From the NCBI GenBank assembly GCA_030704615.1, contig CM060733.1, positions 61,504,001-61,568,000 of the forward strand: 64,000 nucleotides of DNA. The letters are read 5' to 3'. This stretch comes from Takakia lepidozioides. Taxonomy: Eukaryota; Plantae; Bryophyta. Position numbers and translations under genes: made by a program. The notes under the pieces were generated by a model. The model saw only the letters and a program-made list of their open reading frames with translations, was not told where the DNA came from and did not search any database. Below are positions 38,714-52,142 of this stretch, piece after piece (within the stretch, counting starts at the first letter, position 1; every line of letters starts with the position of its first letter).

Positions 38714-41700
38714 ATGAGTTCCCCTCGCCCATGCGGAGGACTTCCAATTAATCACCCCTGTAGACAGAACACCCGAGATGACAGGTTGTGGGAAAGAGAA
38801 GTGGCACGTGCCCGAGCCCTTGGGCTTTCAAGGATGTCATGCCCATGTGAACGTTGTTTAGGCACTACAAGTAGATCTGAGGACGGTGTGCGCACACATC
38901 TCCTTCACCACAAAAGACATGAAGCATTTCGGGTGTGGATTGGAGATGGACCTGCAGACGAAGACGATGAGGAGTGGGCACAATTGGACAATGCACACCC
39001 CCCCCAGGGAGCCATACAGACAGGCCAGACGAGGACTATGTCATGGGCGCAGGACATGAACCAGGCATGGATGGAGGGGTGGAGATTACTCGAATGTTGC
39101 AGGAAGCATTCCACATCATGGACGATGCTGAAGAGGGGGACGGCGTTGCGACAACTGGGGATGGTGATGACGCAGGAAATGAAGGCATTCACGTGGGGGA
39201 AGGCGTGGAAGGAGGTGGAGATGGAGAATTGAATTCTGCACACATGACACTAGAAGAAGCATGTGTGCCACTGTACGAGGGATGCAAATCCACAAAGCTT
39301 GCTGCCACCATGCTGTTGATGAACCTGTGCACAACCCACGGTGTCTCAGACCATTTTGTGGACGAGTTGTTCTCTTTGCTTCGGCTGAACTTGCTTCCAC
39401 AACCAAATGAAATGCCAAAAAGCTGTCACATGGCCAACCAAATGATTGGGAAGCTCGGCCTCAACTACGTGAAAATACATGCATGTCCAAAAGGACATGT
39501 ACTTTTCAGAAGAGAGTACAAGGATGCTATGGAGTGCCCAAATGCGGTGCAGCCCGATACCATGATGTGGGCAGGTTACAACAGCCAGCCAAGGTGTTGA
39601 GGCACTTTCCCCTTATCCCCCGTCTATTACGAATGTACAAATGCAAGACCATTAGTGAGCTCATGACTTGGCATTCCAGGAATGCCTCAAACGATGGTTT
39701 GGTAAGGCATGTCCCAGATTCCCTTGCATGGAAGCATATAGATGCAACTTGGCCCGATTTCGCCGAGGACCCATGCAATGTGCGATTGGCTGTATCTACG
39801 GATGGAGTAAACCCATACGGATCAAAGAGTTGCACATGGTCCACATGGCCCGTGCAGTTGGTGGCATACAACCTGCCACCATGGTTGACAACAAAGAAAT
39901 TCTTTGTCATGTTGTCTCTCTTGATTCCAGGCAAGGAGTCCGTGACAAATGCAAACATAGATGTGTATTTGCAACCATTGATTGAAGAGCTACAGGAACT
40001 ATGGATTGGAGTTGAAGCTTACGACATTTTGAAACCAGTAGGGCAATGGAGTTTCACCCTCCGTGCCATACTCATGTGGTCAATCCACGATTTCCCCGCA
40101 TATGGCCTTGTTGCGGGTTGCAAGACGAAGGGCTACCAAGGGTGCCCCATTTGTGGGCCCTATGTGGATTCACGGCACTCAAAGCCACTAGGGAAGACAA
40201 TATACATGAGGCATTGACGTTACCTTGCAAGAAACCACCCCTACCGACGAGCAGGAAGGCACTTCAATGGATGTGTTGAAAAGAGAATGGCACCAAATGC
40301 TGTGACACCGGAGGAGACATTGCAATTTGCAAAGGAGAAAGAGGCGTTCATGGAGATTGGAGGGAGAGACGGAAGTAGTGCGGATCCAGCCATGGAGCAC
40401 GGGGTGAAGCGCTGGACAATCCTTTGGGATTTGCCATACTGGAAGGTGCATGAATCCCCCCCCCCCCATTCACTCACTTTCTTTCACATTGTGCTTCCTG
40501 GAATTACCTTTACTGTCAAGAGTCCTTCCACCAACTCCTAAGTCAGTGTAACTACTATGCAGTAGATGTTGAAGTCGTACACTCACTGTGGAGAGGATCG
40601 TGGAGTTGTTGAAAGCAGAATGTAGTAACATGGACAACTTCTGCCACATATTCTACTTTTTTTGCCCATAGAACTTGGTGTCATGGGAGGACATTTGGCA
40701 TTTCAGAACCTCTTGCAGCGGTACCTCCTGGACCCCATGCATTGTGAGAAGAACTTCTGCGAGAACATTCTGAAGACTATCTTTGGGGAGAATGATACGA
40801 TAAACGTACGAAAGGACATGGAGATTGAAGGGATACGGTCACATCTGTGGCTAAGGCCTGATCCAAATAGACCAGGCAAAGTGCTCATGCCAGCAGCATC
40901 ATACGTCCTGACCAAATCAGAGCAAGAGGATTTTTTGAAGACATTGGGAGCCATGAAAGTGCCAACCGGATTCTCGGGTGCTTTCCAAAAGCATGCCATA
41001 AACAAGAAATGGTCGGGGATGAAGTCACATGATCTACACGTGATGATGCAACAGATTTTTCCAGTGTGCGTTCGGGGTACGATGGCGCCAGGTCCTCGAA
41101 CAGCCATAATGCGTGTAAGTCGAGTGTTTAGGAAGATTTGTGCGAAGGTGTGGGATCCGAGGGACATTACATCGTTGCATGAGGATGTGGCTATGACCCT
41201 ATGTTTGCTAGAGAAAGAATTCCCTCCATCATTCTTTGACGTCATGATGCACTTGCTAGTGCATCTTGTAGAGGAGTTGCATGTGTGTGGGCCCGTAGCC
41301 AGCCGGTGGATGTACCCCATGGAAGGTACATGAAGGATCTGAAGGGGTATGTACGCAACATGACACGGCCAGAGGGGAGTATGGCGGAGGGCTACATCCG
41401 CGACGAAGCCCTGGGCTTCATGACAGAGTATATGTCTTCATTTGATGCAATACAACGACGGGTGTGGGATGAGAACGAGGAAGAAGGAGTTGTAGGCGAG
41501 GTCCTAGAAGGTGGTGGAACAAAGCGTGCCATGAGCCCGCGCCTTCGGGATGTGGCACATGATTATGTGCTGAACAACACAACAACCATGACACCATGGA
41601 GACAGTGGGTGCCAACTTACATCCCTCCTGTGCTATTCTTAATGGTCTTTGTATGCTGGAATTACATATATATTGTCACAAGTCATTCCGGCCACTATGG

Positions 41701-42788
41701 GAGTGGGATCGTGTACTAACAGGGTGCTTCAGACGACTACAAAGGGTGTTTCGTAGATCTTGGTTGTTGCTTGCAAGTGATTATAAAGTAGGCTGCATCA
41801 CTACAGTGTGCTTGAAAGGACACACACTCTGCATGTGGCATGCATGTACAGCACGGTGTTGGTAAGGGGGACTAAGTTGCAGCTTCTATTTGGTTTCTGC
41901 CAGAAAGTACGCAGTGAAGAAGGTCCGCCTGAAAACAGAACGGAGTGCATTTGCAAAAGCATGGCGGAGGGGCGGTTGTAGGCGCAGATCCCCGTGGAGT
42001 ACCCCACAACAATGGAGGAGCTGCAGCCCTTTACAGTGTGGGTCAGATCTGCAATTGCATTGTACGCATCAGAGAACGAGGACCCAGATGAGGGCATGGT
42101 GAGTCTGTCATTCCCCCCAGGGCTGATTGCCACTTCGTACCGGTCAATGAAAGCATATGGCAATCACTATAGAGTGGACGATGCCAACACCAGCCTCCTG
42201 GTGACTTATGACAGCGGAGTGGCATCATTTTTTGAACAGAGAGTAGGAGCTGTGCACGAGATCGGAATCCAATTTCATGCCATGTGCAATATGTAGGAGT
42301 GATCAAAGAAATCCTTAAACTAGACTATGGTCTTGTGAAGCCAATTCTATTCCGTTGTTCTTGGGTAAAAGCCAATATGGTAGGAGAGAATGCCACCATG
42401 AAACGGGATGAGTACGGGTTCCTCCTTGCTGATTTCAGAAAAATGCTACCACAAGATGAAGAGCCATTAATCTTCCCATCGCAAGTTGAGCAAGTTTTCT
42501 TTTCAGATGACACCCATGCGCCGGGATGGAAGGTGGTTCTTCACAAGGACCCCCGGGCCAAAACGAGTCGTGGCCGACGTCCATGATCTGGACCTAGGGG
42601 AGAATGCCGACCACGAGGGTATGAGGGAACCACGAAATCTACCAGATACGGCCGAACCAGTCTCTTTGGAAGGAGCAGTTACCTTTAATGAGGAAGACAT
42701 TCCAGGGTTGGTAATTACCACAAGGCAAATTGCAGATGTGGGTAGTGAAGGGGAAGATTATTTGGATACAGATAGTGAGCCCAACTGA
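38714..42788 (+). pseudogene. En/Spm TNP2/TnpD-like transposase (Transposase_21, DUF4218, DUF4216), frameshifted
   Basis: CPCERC; IHACPKGHVLF; RNVRL-like NVRLAVSTDGVNPY; STWPV..YNLPPW; DVYLQPLIEEL; HDFPAYG; GCPIC; DPMHCEKN; MKSHDLH; HLLVHL; RWMYPME; RPEGSMAEGY; FPSQVEQVFF; intron at about 40446-40706. Confidence 0.92.
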
Positions 42789-43619
42789 ATCTCAGTGTCC
42801 ATTAAGCCAGCAGCTCATAGACGAGAGCTATGCTAAGGACTCTTACTGTCCTTAGAACCCATTTTGTACAGTCCTGCAAGTGCGCAAGGGCGAGACAGTT
42901 AATAGTATCGATAATGTCCCGGTATGTGGTCCGTACTGTCTTGTGAACAAACCTTTTTTTGTTCTGCCAATATTGTTTCTGACATGTGAGGAGATGATCG
43001 TCTTCATGTATGGGAAGTAGACGTGAATGTGTGCATGCATTTTCTGGCCCAGTTGCATGCTTTCCAGGAACAAAGACCAGTGGAATGGGGGGTGTCTCCA
43101 AAAGAGCAGGACCGAACAACACCTTTTTGTGCTTCCCTTGCTTTCCTTCTCACCATTGTTGCATTCTCCCACCTGCCCAACAGCAGCACTCTCGAAGCAA
43201 TAGCATGACATATGTTGCAACACATGGTCTTCTTCACTAGCGAATGAGTTTTTTTGCTACATGTACTGCCACGTCCACATTAACGTTGATCCCTACAAGC
43301 ACTTGGCAAGACACCCCAGAGCCGCAAATCCAGCAACCACCACAAACACATCTAACTGATTGTAGTGACACGGGAATAGCTCACTTGTAGAGGAATTGAA
43401 CCTCCAGCCAAATGAATGGCTCTGCCCCTTGTAGCACAAATGCGATGCAAAAACAAGGTGAGTACAAAATGAAGAAGCACTTACGAGGTCCCCATCCCTC
43501 GGATGGGCTCCCACTTGTGCTCTGGAACTGTGCAGGCCTGACTAGCACCAAATTGCATGAATCCTAAGCCTGAATGTCAAATGCAGGTTTATGTCGCGAT
43601 GCAGCACGCCATCATCTAA

Positions 43620-44330
43620 CCTGTAGTTTCCAGTTTTACTAGTGTCACAACTGCCTTCAAGTCAACATCAAAATTAAGTCCACCTATGCGCAAATCGCAG
43701 AATGTCTCATGACACCATCTGCCGCCGCTGGTTTGGCATGATATGATTGTAGTTCACAACCTTAATGGACGCTTTCAGCCTTGACCTCTTTGCGATCTTC
43801 TTCTGTGACTGCTTCTTCATAATTTATGAAAGGGAAAAGCAGCTACACATCAAATTCTTGCAAGTACAGGGGGGTACTCAGGCCTCATTGGGAGAAAGAG
43901 TGCCATAAACACAGACACATCCTTAAATGTAAAAATTGGAGAAACGAACGTCTGGTGGCAATAACTGCCTAAACCAGAATTATACTCCATTCCAGCGCAC
44001 ATGTAAAGGGTCGGATGATAACTCGGAATCCCAGTTGGAGATAATGAGACGAATACATGACTATCTTGCGAGTTTCAATTTTCTTGGAGGTAGTTTCCAG
44101 TTTCTCTGGTGTCACAACTACCTTCAAGCTGGGTTTAGAGGAATTAAGTCCCACTCGCAAATGCAGAATGTCTCCCTCATCTGCGTGGGGAAAAATGAGG
44201 TTTGGCATGATATGATTGTAGTTCACAACCAAAGGGCATATTCTTCAGCCTTGACGTCTTTGCGATCTTCTTCTGTGACGCCTTCTGCATAACTTGTGAA
44301 ATGGAAAAGCAGCTACACATCAAATTATTG
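43620..44330. repeat. Diverged direct duplication (about 240 bp) inside the CACTA element
   Basis: 43620-43860 resembles 44090-44330 (GGTTTGGCATGATATGATTGTAGTTCACAACC...GGAAAAGCAGCTACACATCAAATT). Confidence 0.7.
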
Positions 44331-46001
44331 CGATGCCACTCAATGGCACTATGAACGTTTTGAGCATGCTGTCAGAAAACTAGACGGGCAAAAACCCAAT
44401 TCAGCAGCCTCACCTTGCGTGGATACTTGGGAATTGATGCCAGAAAGGCATGCCCGTATGCGCGCTCCATCGTGCCTCCATCCAGCACATTCTGTAAATG
44501 ATGAATGACCAAGACCCCGATGTCACACCGTTCTGAGAAGCCACTACGCACGCTCACAGTATACGAAGACCTTGCCGTGTCCGGATTTCCATTCCCACGT
44601 CCCGCCATGTCCGACGCAGTACTTGCATCCTTGTCTCTGCCAGGTGGAGGCAACACGTATTAAAATATCTATTCCCCCAAGGCCACATTTTGTTTACCTC
44701 TTTTTGTGAAAGCCACGTCAGCAAATGTGCTGCCGAGTCATGGGTGCAATGAATGCGCGGTGGTTCATGGAGTCGTTGAGTCGACTACATATTCACTTTA
44801 ATGAATAAATATCTTTATTCCATTAATCGAATTAGGAAAGAAAATTTGTAGTCGCATGTGCAGTAATTACAACCACTTGTAATTTTGGCTTTTTCAAATT
44901 TTATGTATTTACGCAATTCGTAAAATAGCCCGGAATTCTGCTACGACTCCGGAGTCGTTGACCCCACTTCTGTCCGCCGTCTGAAATGCCCCCGTGGGCC
45001 CACATTGTCTGTTTCGACTCTCCAGTAGTCCCGTTTACTATCAAGTGGTTCCCGGAGTGGTCGCGGACATGCAGTCGAATCGGAAAAGACACGAATGCTT
45101 CTAGTGTGTATATATTTTTTCAGTTGCCATTTCGATCCTCATTCTAACCTTAATGGACATGTGGATTTGGTGTGTCGACCTATAGATTAGAATGCATGCA
45201 ATTCTTGCAAGCACGAGGCACACCCCAACCCCCAAGAAACCCCTGCCCCCCCCCCCCCCAAATGAAAAAAAAACCCCAAAACCCCACCCCAAATACCAGC
45301 TGGCTACCCTCCCACCTAGCGACGCCGACGCGACGGATGTGGAGCTAGCGACACCGCCCAGGGGCTGCGACGTTGTTACGACTCCAGGGAGTCGCATAAG
45401 AACGTGCCCTCCCATGGAGCTAGCAACGGCCCCCGGGGGCTACGACGTCCGTACGATTCCCGGGTGTCGCCAGAGAACCTCCCTACCCATGGGGTCTAGC
45501 GACGCCCCCAGATGGCAGCGACGTCATGGCGATTCCCGGGCGTCGCCAGTCCCCTAGGCAGAATAGACCCCATCTGCGATGTCCAGGCATCGTAGAGCGG
45601 GGGCTTTAATGTCCCAGGGTGTGACGTGCCGGCGCGTGGCTATTTTCTGGGGATGGGCGACGTCCTTGCGACTGCCCCATGACGCAGGGGGAGGAATGGA
45701 CCCCCCTCCTTGCCCTTTGTTGTGACTCCCGGGAGTCGCCATATTGCGATGCCCCGGAGGGGCGGCGACATTCCGCCGTCGCTGGTTGTGGCCAGGGGGA
45801 CCCGAGGGATTAGCGATTCGCCTAGGTCGCTAATCTGCGACATTCCGGGAGCGACGTCGGAGCGACGTGGCGGCGACTTCCCGACGTCGCAATTTGTCCC
45901 TGGCGCGCCCCGGGCGTTGTAGTGTATTTCCGTCGCTAGGCGCGGCATTTGGACGTCGCTGAGGCATGCTTAACCCCCCCCCCCCCCCAAACGTAGTAGT
46001 G

Positions 46002-48573
46002 TGGGAACCCTGGCCTTTTTTGTCCTTAGAGGATTCAACCATGTTGAAGTCACCGACGAGAATCCAGTTGTGGATAGTTGACTCGTTTGCCATAAGAGTA
46101 TTGATTTTGTCCCAAAGTTTTGTTCTGTCCTGGATGTTGTTTGGGGCATAGACGTTGATAAATCCTGTAGGCTCCGAGTCATTGGGAAACAAGAGAGAGC
46201 AGAATTGCACTCTCCCTATGTCCCAGACTTCATCTTTGAGAAGGAAGGGCTTGAGAGAGGGAGAAAGAAGGATGGTTGTACCCCCTTTGGTGCCATCATG
46301 GGAAGGCTTCCAGAGGGCCGAGGATTTGGGCCAGAGTTGTTCAGAGAGACTATGAATTTTTCTATAGCAGAGCTTATGTTCCTGCAGGAAAACAACAGCT
46401 TGCGTCGGAATATGAGGGGCGAGCCAGGCAGCCAACTTTGTTTTTTTGAGTGCCATACTGTCTGACCCCAAGCCCCTAATATTCCAGGAGGAAATATTAA
46501 CTTGCATCTCGACTCAAGATGAGAGGGTTGCTCTCAAATGACGGCATGGAGTGAAAGAAGCGGAACATGGTACGCTTATCGGAAGGGAGCCAGGATGGGG
46601 ACCAGTGGTGAGGGTGCCGAGCGCGCTGATTTTTTGATCTCAATAAAAAGTGCAAGGGTGTTCTGCAGATGAAGGTTTGGGGCTCCATTGGTGTGGATAG
46701 GCTTAAATCTATGGCAAGACATCAATCTGCATCGAATAGATTTGGGTCTGGCCAGCTGCATGAAGAAGTCAGACAACAGTACTAGTTTGAGTGGTATAGG
46801 GGTTTCTAGAGGGAGAGGGCCAGGGCCCAGGTAGATGGAGAATTCCTCCTCCGAGGGTGAAAGGGCTATGGAAGGGAGAAACCTGGTTGAAGGGATAGGC
46901 AAGAGATCCGGTTGGAAGCATAGAATTCTACACCTCTTAGGATTGTTAGCATTGACATAGTAGATTAGAAATGGAATAGATGGCTGGGGGAGGGCACTTA
47001 CATGGAAGGGAGGTGTATGCATAGGTGCTGGGGTCGGCGAGGGGAGCGGCATACGGAGGGACAGGAGGTGGTGAGGCTTGGCAGCCATATTGGGTGTGTA
47101 GTTGGACAGCTATAAAGTCCGAGGAGCTGGATGTCGAGATGTACCCCACTGGGTTGTATGTGTGCTTGACTGAATCGTAAAAATGGGTGACAGTGTCTGC
47201 AATGCGCTTCCTTTCGATTTCGTCGTTGATATCATAGTTCTCTGCGTCCAGAAAAGCGTTGAGGATTGTAAAAGCGTTCTTGAGTGTGTCCTTAATTCTG
47301 GTGATGGCTTTATTGACAACACTTGCATTATCAAAGTGCGCCAGCTCCGCCCATACACCTGGTAAGGAGAACTTGTTGCCAAGGAGGACTGCCTTGTCCA
47401 ACAAAGCCAGAATATGAGTTGATGGAGACAGATCCGAGCAGAGACCTGGAAAGGCCTCAGAGTAGGCTCCCCAGGTTATAGTCTCTTGTGATTCAAGAGA
47501 GTAGAAGGGGAGATGAGACCGGAAGTAGCTCTGAATCTTTTTGAAGAGTGTTGGAATTGGGCTACTTTCCCTGGGAGAAGTGGCCATGAAGGATTGAACA
47601 TCATGAACTGTGATCCAGAGTGAATTGTTCAATAAAATTTCTGAGGTCAGGGATTACTCAGCATGTTTTTATTGTGGGCTCTCTGGACATATCAAAGCAA
47701 ACTGTTTGCTGATCCAGAGTGAACTGTTTGCTTTGATATGTCCAGAGAGCCCACAATAAAAACATGCTGAGTAATCCCTGACCTCAGAAATTTTGACAGA
47801 GAAATAGTTGTCTTGAGCATCAATTGGAAGCCTTATGAATTATGGAAGAATTGAATCCTTGGGCATCATAACAACAATCTTGGGAAAACCTGTCTTATGT
47901 GCTCTTGAAATAATAGTTCCCCCCCTCCATGCTGGGTCCTCTCTTAATTTGTCAATGCATAAATTGGGGTCAAATACTCCCAAGCAACCCAGATAAGCTC
48001 CAAAGAAGTTTCCTATGTCGGGCAAATTGTATAGGTACTGATCAGGGATGTAAGGGAGCGTAATGATCCTAGGACTCCAGACCTTCCCATTTCTATTGCC
48101 CATGGATGGGGACCATGGAAAAATATTAACGTTGAGGCCATGCAGGTGCGGGTTGAAAGCCAGCGCCCGATCGGCTGCCTCTTTAGACTCCGGCACAAGA
48201 TCGAGTAGAAGCCTCTTCCTTTTGAGTGACAGAAGTGCTGCTACAGGTCCCCTGTGCCTCCAAGATGCCTTATAACCCACTCTCTAGCTAAGTCCTTGTT
48301 GATCTTCTTCCCAAGGAAGTGAAGAAGGACTCCCCTGGTTTCAAAAGTTGAAACTCTGCTGTACAGCTGATCCAGTAGCCCGACATCAACTAGAGGGTGA
48401 ACCTCTCTCTCCATTGCTAGCTGCAAGGTAGACGCATCATCCATCGCCTCTTCCAAGTGCTCAGTGTCTTGGCTCGGCGGAGAATAGTCTTGCGTAGCAG
48501 GATCTAGCACTGCAGCCACTTGAGTGGGGGGCAATTGGGAACTTGGTAAAGCAGAAACAGGTCTGAAGGCAGA
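46002..48573 (-). mobile_element. L1-type LINE 5' half: ORF1 (3' part) and APE endonuclease N-terminus
   Basis: MQVNISSWNIRGLG...FLQEHKL...INVYAPN...WILVGDFNMVE (46507-46002); ORF1-like segments with the CCHC knuckle CFYCGLSGHIKAN. Confidence 0.88.
47634..47794. repeat. Perfect inverted repeat, 69-bp arms and 23-bp loop
   Basis: 47634-47702 is the exact reverse complement of 47726-47794. Confidence 0.92.
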
Positions 48574-48938
48574 TGTCATGGTTTTAGTCATGGTTATCTA
48601 GAATTACCTACTTCTAGTTAACTATGACATTTTAGATATTTATATTTATATTTTGTGTGTTGGGACTTCATTTGGTCTCACATGCCAAGTGAGGTGTTGA
48701 GCCTCATTTGGGACATGGGGATAGGTTTTCCCCTTGTGAGGATGGAGGAGGCTCATTTTCTTGTAGTTGAGCCTCCATGAGTCTCTCTCACCTCCATAGC
48801 TCTAGGTATTGAGAGGGAGTGTGGTGAGGGCTTTGTAGGGTGGATTCCCTTAGCAAGGGTGCCCTTGGCTTGACTTAGTTTATGTGATTGAGTGGATTCA
48901 TGAGTGGATGGTTTCCATTATGTTCACTTCCATTATCA
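48574..48938 (+). repeat. Terminal repeat A1 (365 bp)
   Basis: TGTCATGG...CATTATCA; near-identical to 59373-59735. Confidence 0.95.
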
Positions 48939-50289
48939 CTACAAGAAGATGACCTTATGCTTGTGAGTGCGGAGTGTTAGGATTAGTTTTGCACTTGTGT
49001 TGGTGTATACCAAGGAGTGAGAGAGCTAGGAAAAGCTCAGGTATCTCACAAGGCTTGCAAGGTGTTGCAAGAGAGAGTGTGTTTGCATTACATCAAGGAG
49101 GTGGAGAGCTCAAGGAGAGAGCTCTTGAGTTACAAGACTTTGCAAGTATTGCAGGGAGAAAGTATTGTGTGTGTGGAAGCAAAGGTTTGAAAGTTTGAGA
49201 AGAAGGAGCGCCATCTCTTGTATCTCAAGTGTTGCGACAACCATTTGCCAAGGAAGTGGTTTCTATGGTGAAAAAAATGCATTGAGGGTTTGTAGAAGCA
49301 TTATTGTGCACCAAGGGTTTTGAGAGCTTGGAAAAGAGCTCTTGCATCACAAGAGAAGCGTCTTGTATGTGGAGAAGATAGACACTAGGATTTCAAGAGC
49401 AAGCTCTAGTTGTTCATGGTGTGAAAGAGAAGCCAAAGGGCGGCACATGCTTGGGTTAGAAACACCATAGAAGGAGTACAACAAGGATAGCTTGAGGAGC
49501 ATTGAGTAGCTCAAGAGAAGCTAAGAAGTGGTTGTTTTATCCATGGTGAAATGAAGTCAAGTGGGGTTTCATTTGGTTGACAAACAAGCAAACTAAGGCG
49601 CTAGAAGGGAGTGCATTTGCTAGTCTATGAGTTCTTGGATTGCTCTTGGTGAAGCAAGTGGTTGACCAAGCAAGTGGCGCATGTGTGGAGCATGTTTTCC
49701 AAGTGCGGCTTCCAACTTCAAGCTTGAGGAGAGCTAGAAGGTGAACGGAACAAATCATTCTTTTGTGTATGAGGTGATGCTTATGTGGAGCATGTTTTCA
49801 GCCCGTCGAGGCTTCTATTGTCAAGCCTTGGAGAGCAAGAAGAAAGGAAAAGGGCTGGTTTCCACTTAGGTGAAGGAAAAGCACTTGTAGAGCATAAGTT
49901 TGAGTTGGGGTTTGAACCTTAAGCTTGAGGAGAGCACGACTCTTGAGCTAGTAAGTGAAGGGACTTGAATCTTCCTCTTTGCATGAGATGGAGATGTATT
50001 GATATTTGGAGAAGCAACACATAGAAGCCAAGAATGGAGCATGTGTGTGGATGGCCAAAGGAGAGCACATGAATGAGTGCAAGACTTGGTTGCTTGCTAA
50101 AGGAGGTAAAAAGCTTGATTCTTGAGCTCCAAAGAGAAGTGAAGCTTGTTGTGTGGCAAATGCATTGCTAGGTGAGATGGAATCAAGCTTGGTTGTGGCT
50201 TGAGGTGAAGAAGATTAAGGTAGTTTGCCTTGGTATCTCATAGAAGTCATGGATGCTTGAGGAGAGCAAGCATAAAGCTCAAGGAAGCC

Positions 50290-51000
50290 CAAACCCTAGC
50301 TTGGAATGCACAAACCTTAGCATGGGATGCGCAAACCCTAGCATGAGATGCACATGAAACCCTAGGTGCATGGGAACAGTCACCAAAGTGTGGGAACCGT
50401 CACCGTAGTCTGGGAACCGTCACTGTAGTCTGGGAACCGTCGCCCAAGGTGTGGGAACGGTCACTATAGGCTGGGAACATAGTGACATACAAAGACAATA
50501 TAGGGCTTTTGGAGGATTTTCAAGGGCCTTTTGGAGGCTTGTTTGGGGGATCTTTGGGGTTCTTTTGGGAGCTTTTGAAAGACACTCTAAGGAGTTTTTG
50601 TAAGGCACTTTGAAGAGCTCTTGAAGAGGTATTTGGATGACTATTTGGAGGCCTATTTGCGGTCCTTGAAGGCCAAGTTTTGGCAACTATTTGGAGCGTT
50701 GGAAGGCTATGTGGAGGACCATTTGGGGTCTTTGAAGGCCAAGTTTTCGCAAGTTTTTGGAGCCTTTGGAAGGCTATGTGGAGGACCATTTGGGGTCTTT
50801 GAAGGCCAATATTTGGCAAGTTTTTGGAACCTTTGGAAGGCTGTTTGGAGGGCTGTTTGGGGTCCTTGGAGGCCGATATTTGACGAGCTTGAGGAGTCTT
50901 TGGCGACTTGTTGAAGGACTATTTGGGGTCCTTGAGTGCCGAGATTTGGCAGGCTCTTGGGGCCTTGGTGTACTGTTTGGAGTACCATTGTCCCAGCTTC
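50290..51000 (+). repeat. Tandem and degenerate repeats in the long 5' leader of the retroelement
   Basis: AAACC(C/T)TAGC copies, about six ~20-bp TGGGAACCGTCAC units (50370-50480) and ~66-bp TTGGAAGGCTATGTGGAGGACCATTTGGGGTCTTTGAAGGCCAA units. Confidence 0.8.
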
Positions 51001-52142
51001 GGGAGTCTTAGTGAGATTGTTTGAGAGACATCTTGAGGGATCTTAGAGAGTTATTTGAGAGATCCTTGAAAGGTCTTGTCTATTGCTTAAGCAAGAGAGT
51101 ATGGAGATAGGGTAGTGGGATGAGAGCATGCTGTGATAGGAATTGCTTAGTCTCTCTTCCTTGTAGTCTTCCATCCTCTCTGTAGGCCAAAACCTTTCCG
51201 TAGGTGGAGGCAAGAGTCAGTCCGGGTTTGGGCTGGGGTGTCTTGCAGGAGCGACACTGTGGAGTGTTTTTGGTATGGGGGAGTTACTGTTTTGATTTCA
51301 TTGTGCTTGGATCCCATCCACACATGCATGCTTGACTGTGCGTCATGTTAGTTTTGTGTGGGCGCTTGTTTTTATAGGAGGTTGGTCCGGATTCGATCAC
51401 CGGTCAATCCTAGAGCGTGCTGTCGATAGTGAGGCTGGGGTGATGACAAGTCAGACCATCATTGTTCTCTTATGGTGAGGCTGGGTTGATGACCAGCAGA
51501 CCATAAGAGTGCTTGCGGTGGATGCAGGTGCAGGTACAAGTCTACATTAGAAACCTATTATTCTTGCTTGAACTAGTAGCCGCAACAGGTTCTCTATCCG
51601 GTTACCTTGTAGAAAGTGGGGATTAGAGACAGGTTGACAACCGGTTGGGTTGTGAGTTTTCATCACGGAGGTGCCACTAGTTGCTGAGGGGAGTGCCGGT
51701 ATGAGCACCAGCGTACTAGTGGGTACACAAGACGAGGTGTGTGGTTTAGGCCACCTTCACCTTCAGTGTCTTCTGAGGAAGGTTCGGACTCAGAGTTAGA
51801 AGGATTCTCACCTAGGGTGCAAGCCATTTCCGTGCCATTGTTGTGGGATACAATGGAGGAAATGTATGGAGTTACTAAGGTCCACGTCGGTACTCTGGAG
51901 CTGTGGGCACCATCGAGCTTGCTGATTTCATACAGGAGTTTGATAGTTAGTGTGATTTGCAGCATATGCGCAATCCACAACTGTTTTACGCCTTTTATGG
52001 TGTGGAAGGGGTTTTTCAGCACCTTGAGGGGCCGCCTATGGATGACTATCATGAGTTTAGGCGGGGAAATGAGGTGGAGATTAAGGAGTGACGACAATAT
52101 TGGTCACCTAACTATGTCTCCATCACTAGAGGCACAAGGGCA

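Larger units (their letters stand above)
36866..46001. mobile_element. CACTA/EnSpm element segment containing the transposase and terminus (end 2)
   Basis: TNP2-like transposase inside; GCGAC subterminal repeats at 45300-45960; ends C-tract-AAACGTAGTAGTG at 46001; left boundary is an approximate junction with the LINE. Confidence 0.8.

Noticed and set aside
45830-46001. C-terminal extension of the LINE endonuclease ORF (TTTFGGGG...)
   Set aside because: Read-through into the CACTA terminus
48937-48947. CACTACAAGAA as a CACTA TIR (similar motif at 2971)
   Set aside because: No subterminal repeats, no matching partner end or TSD; probably coincidental
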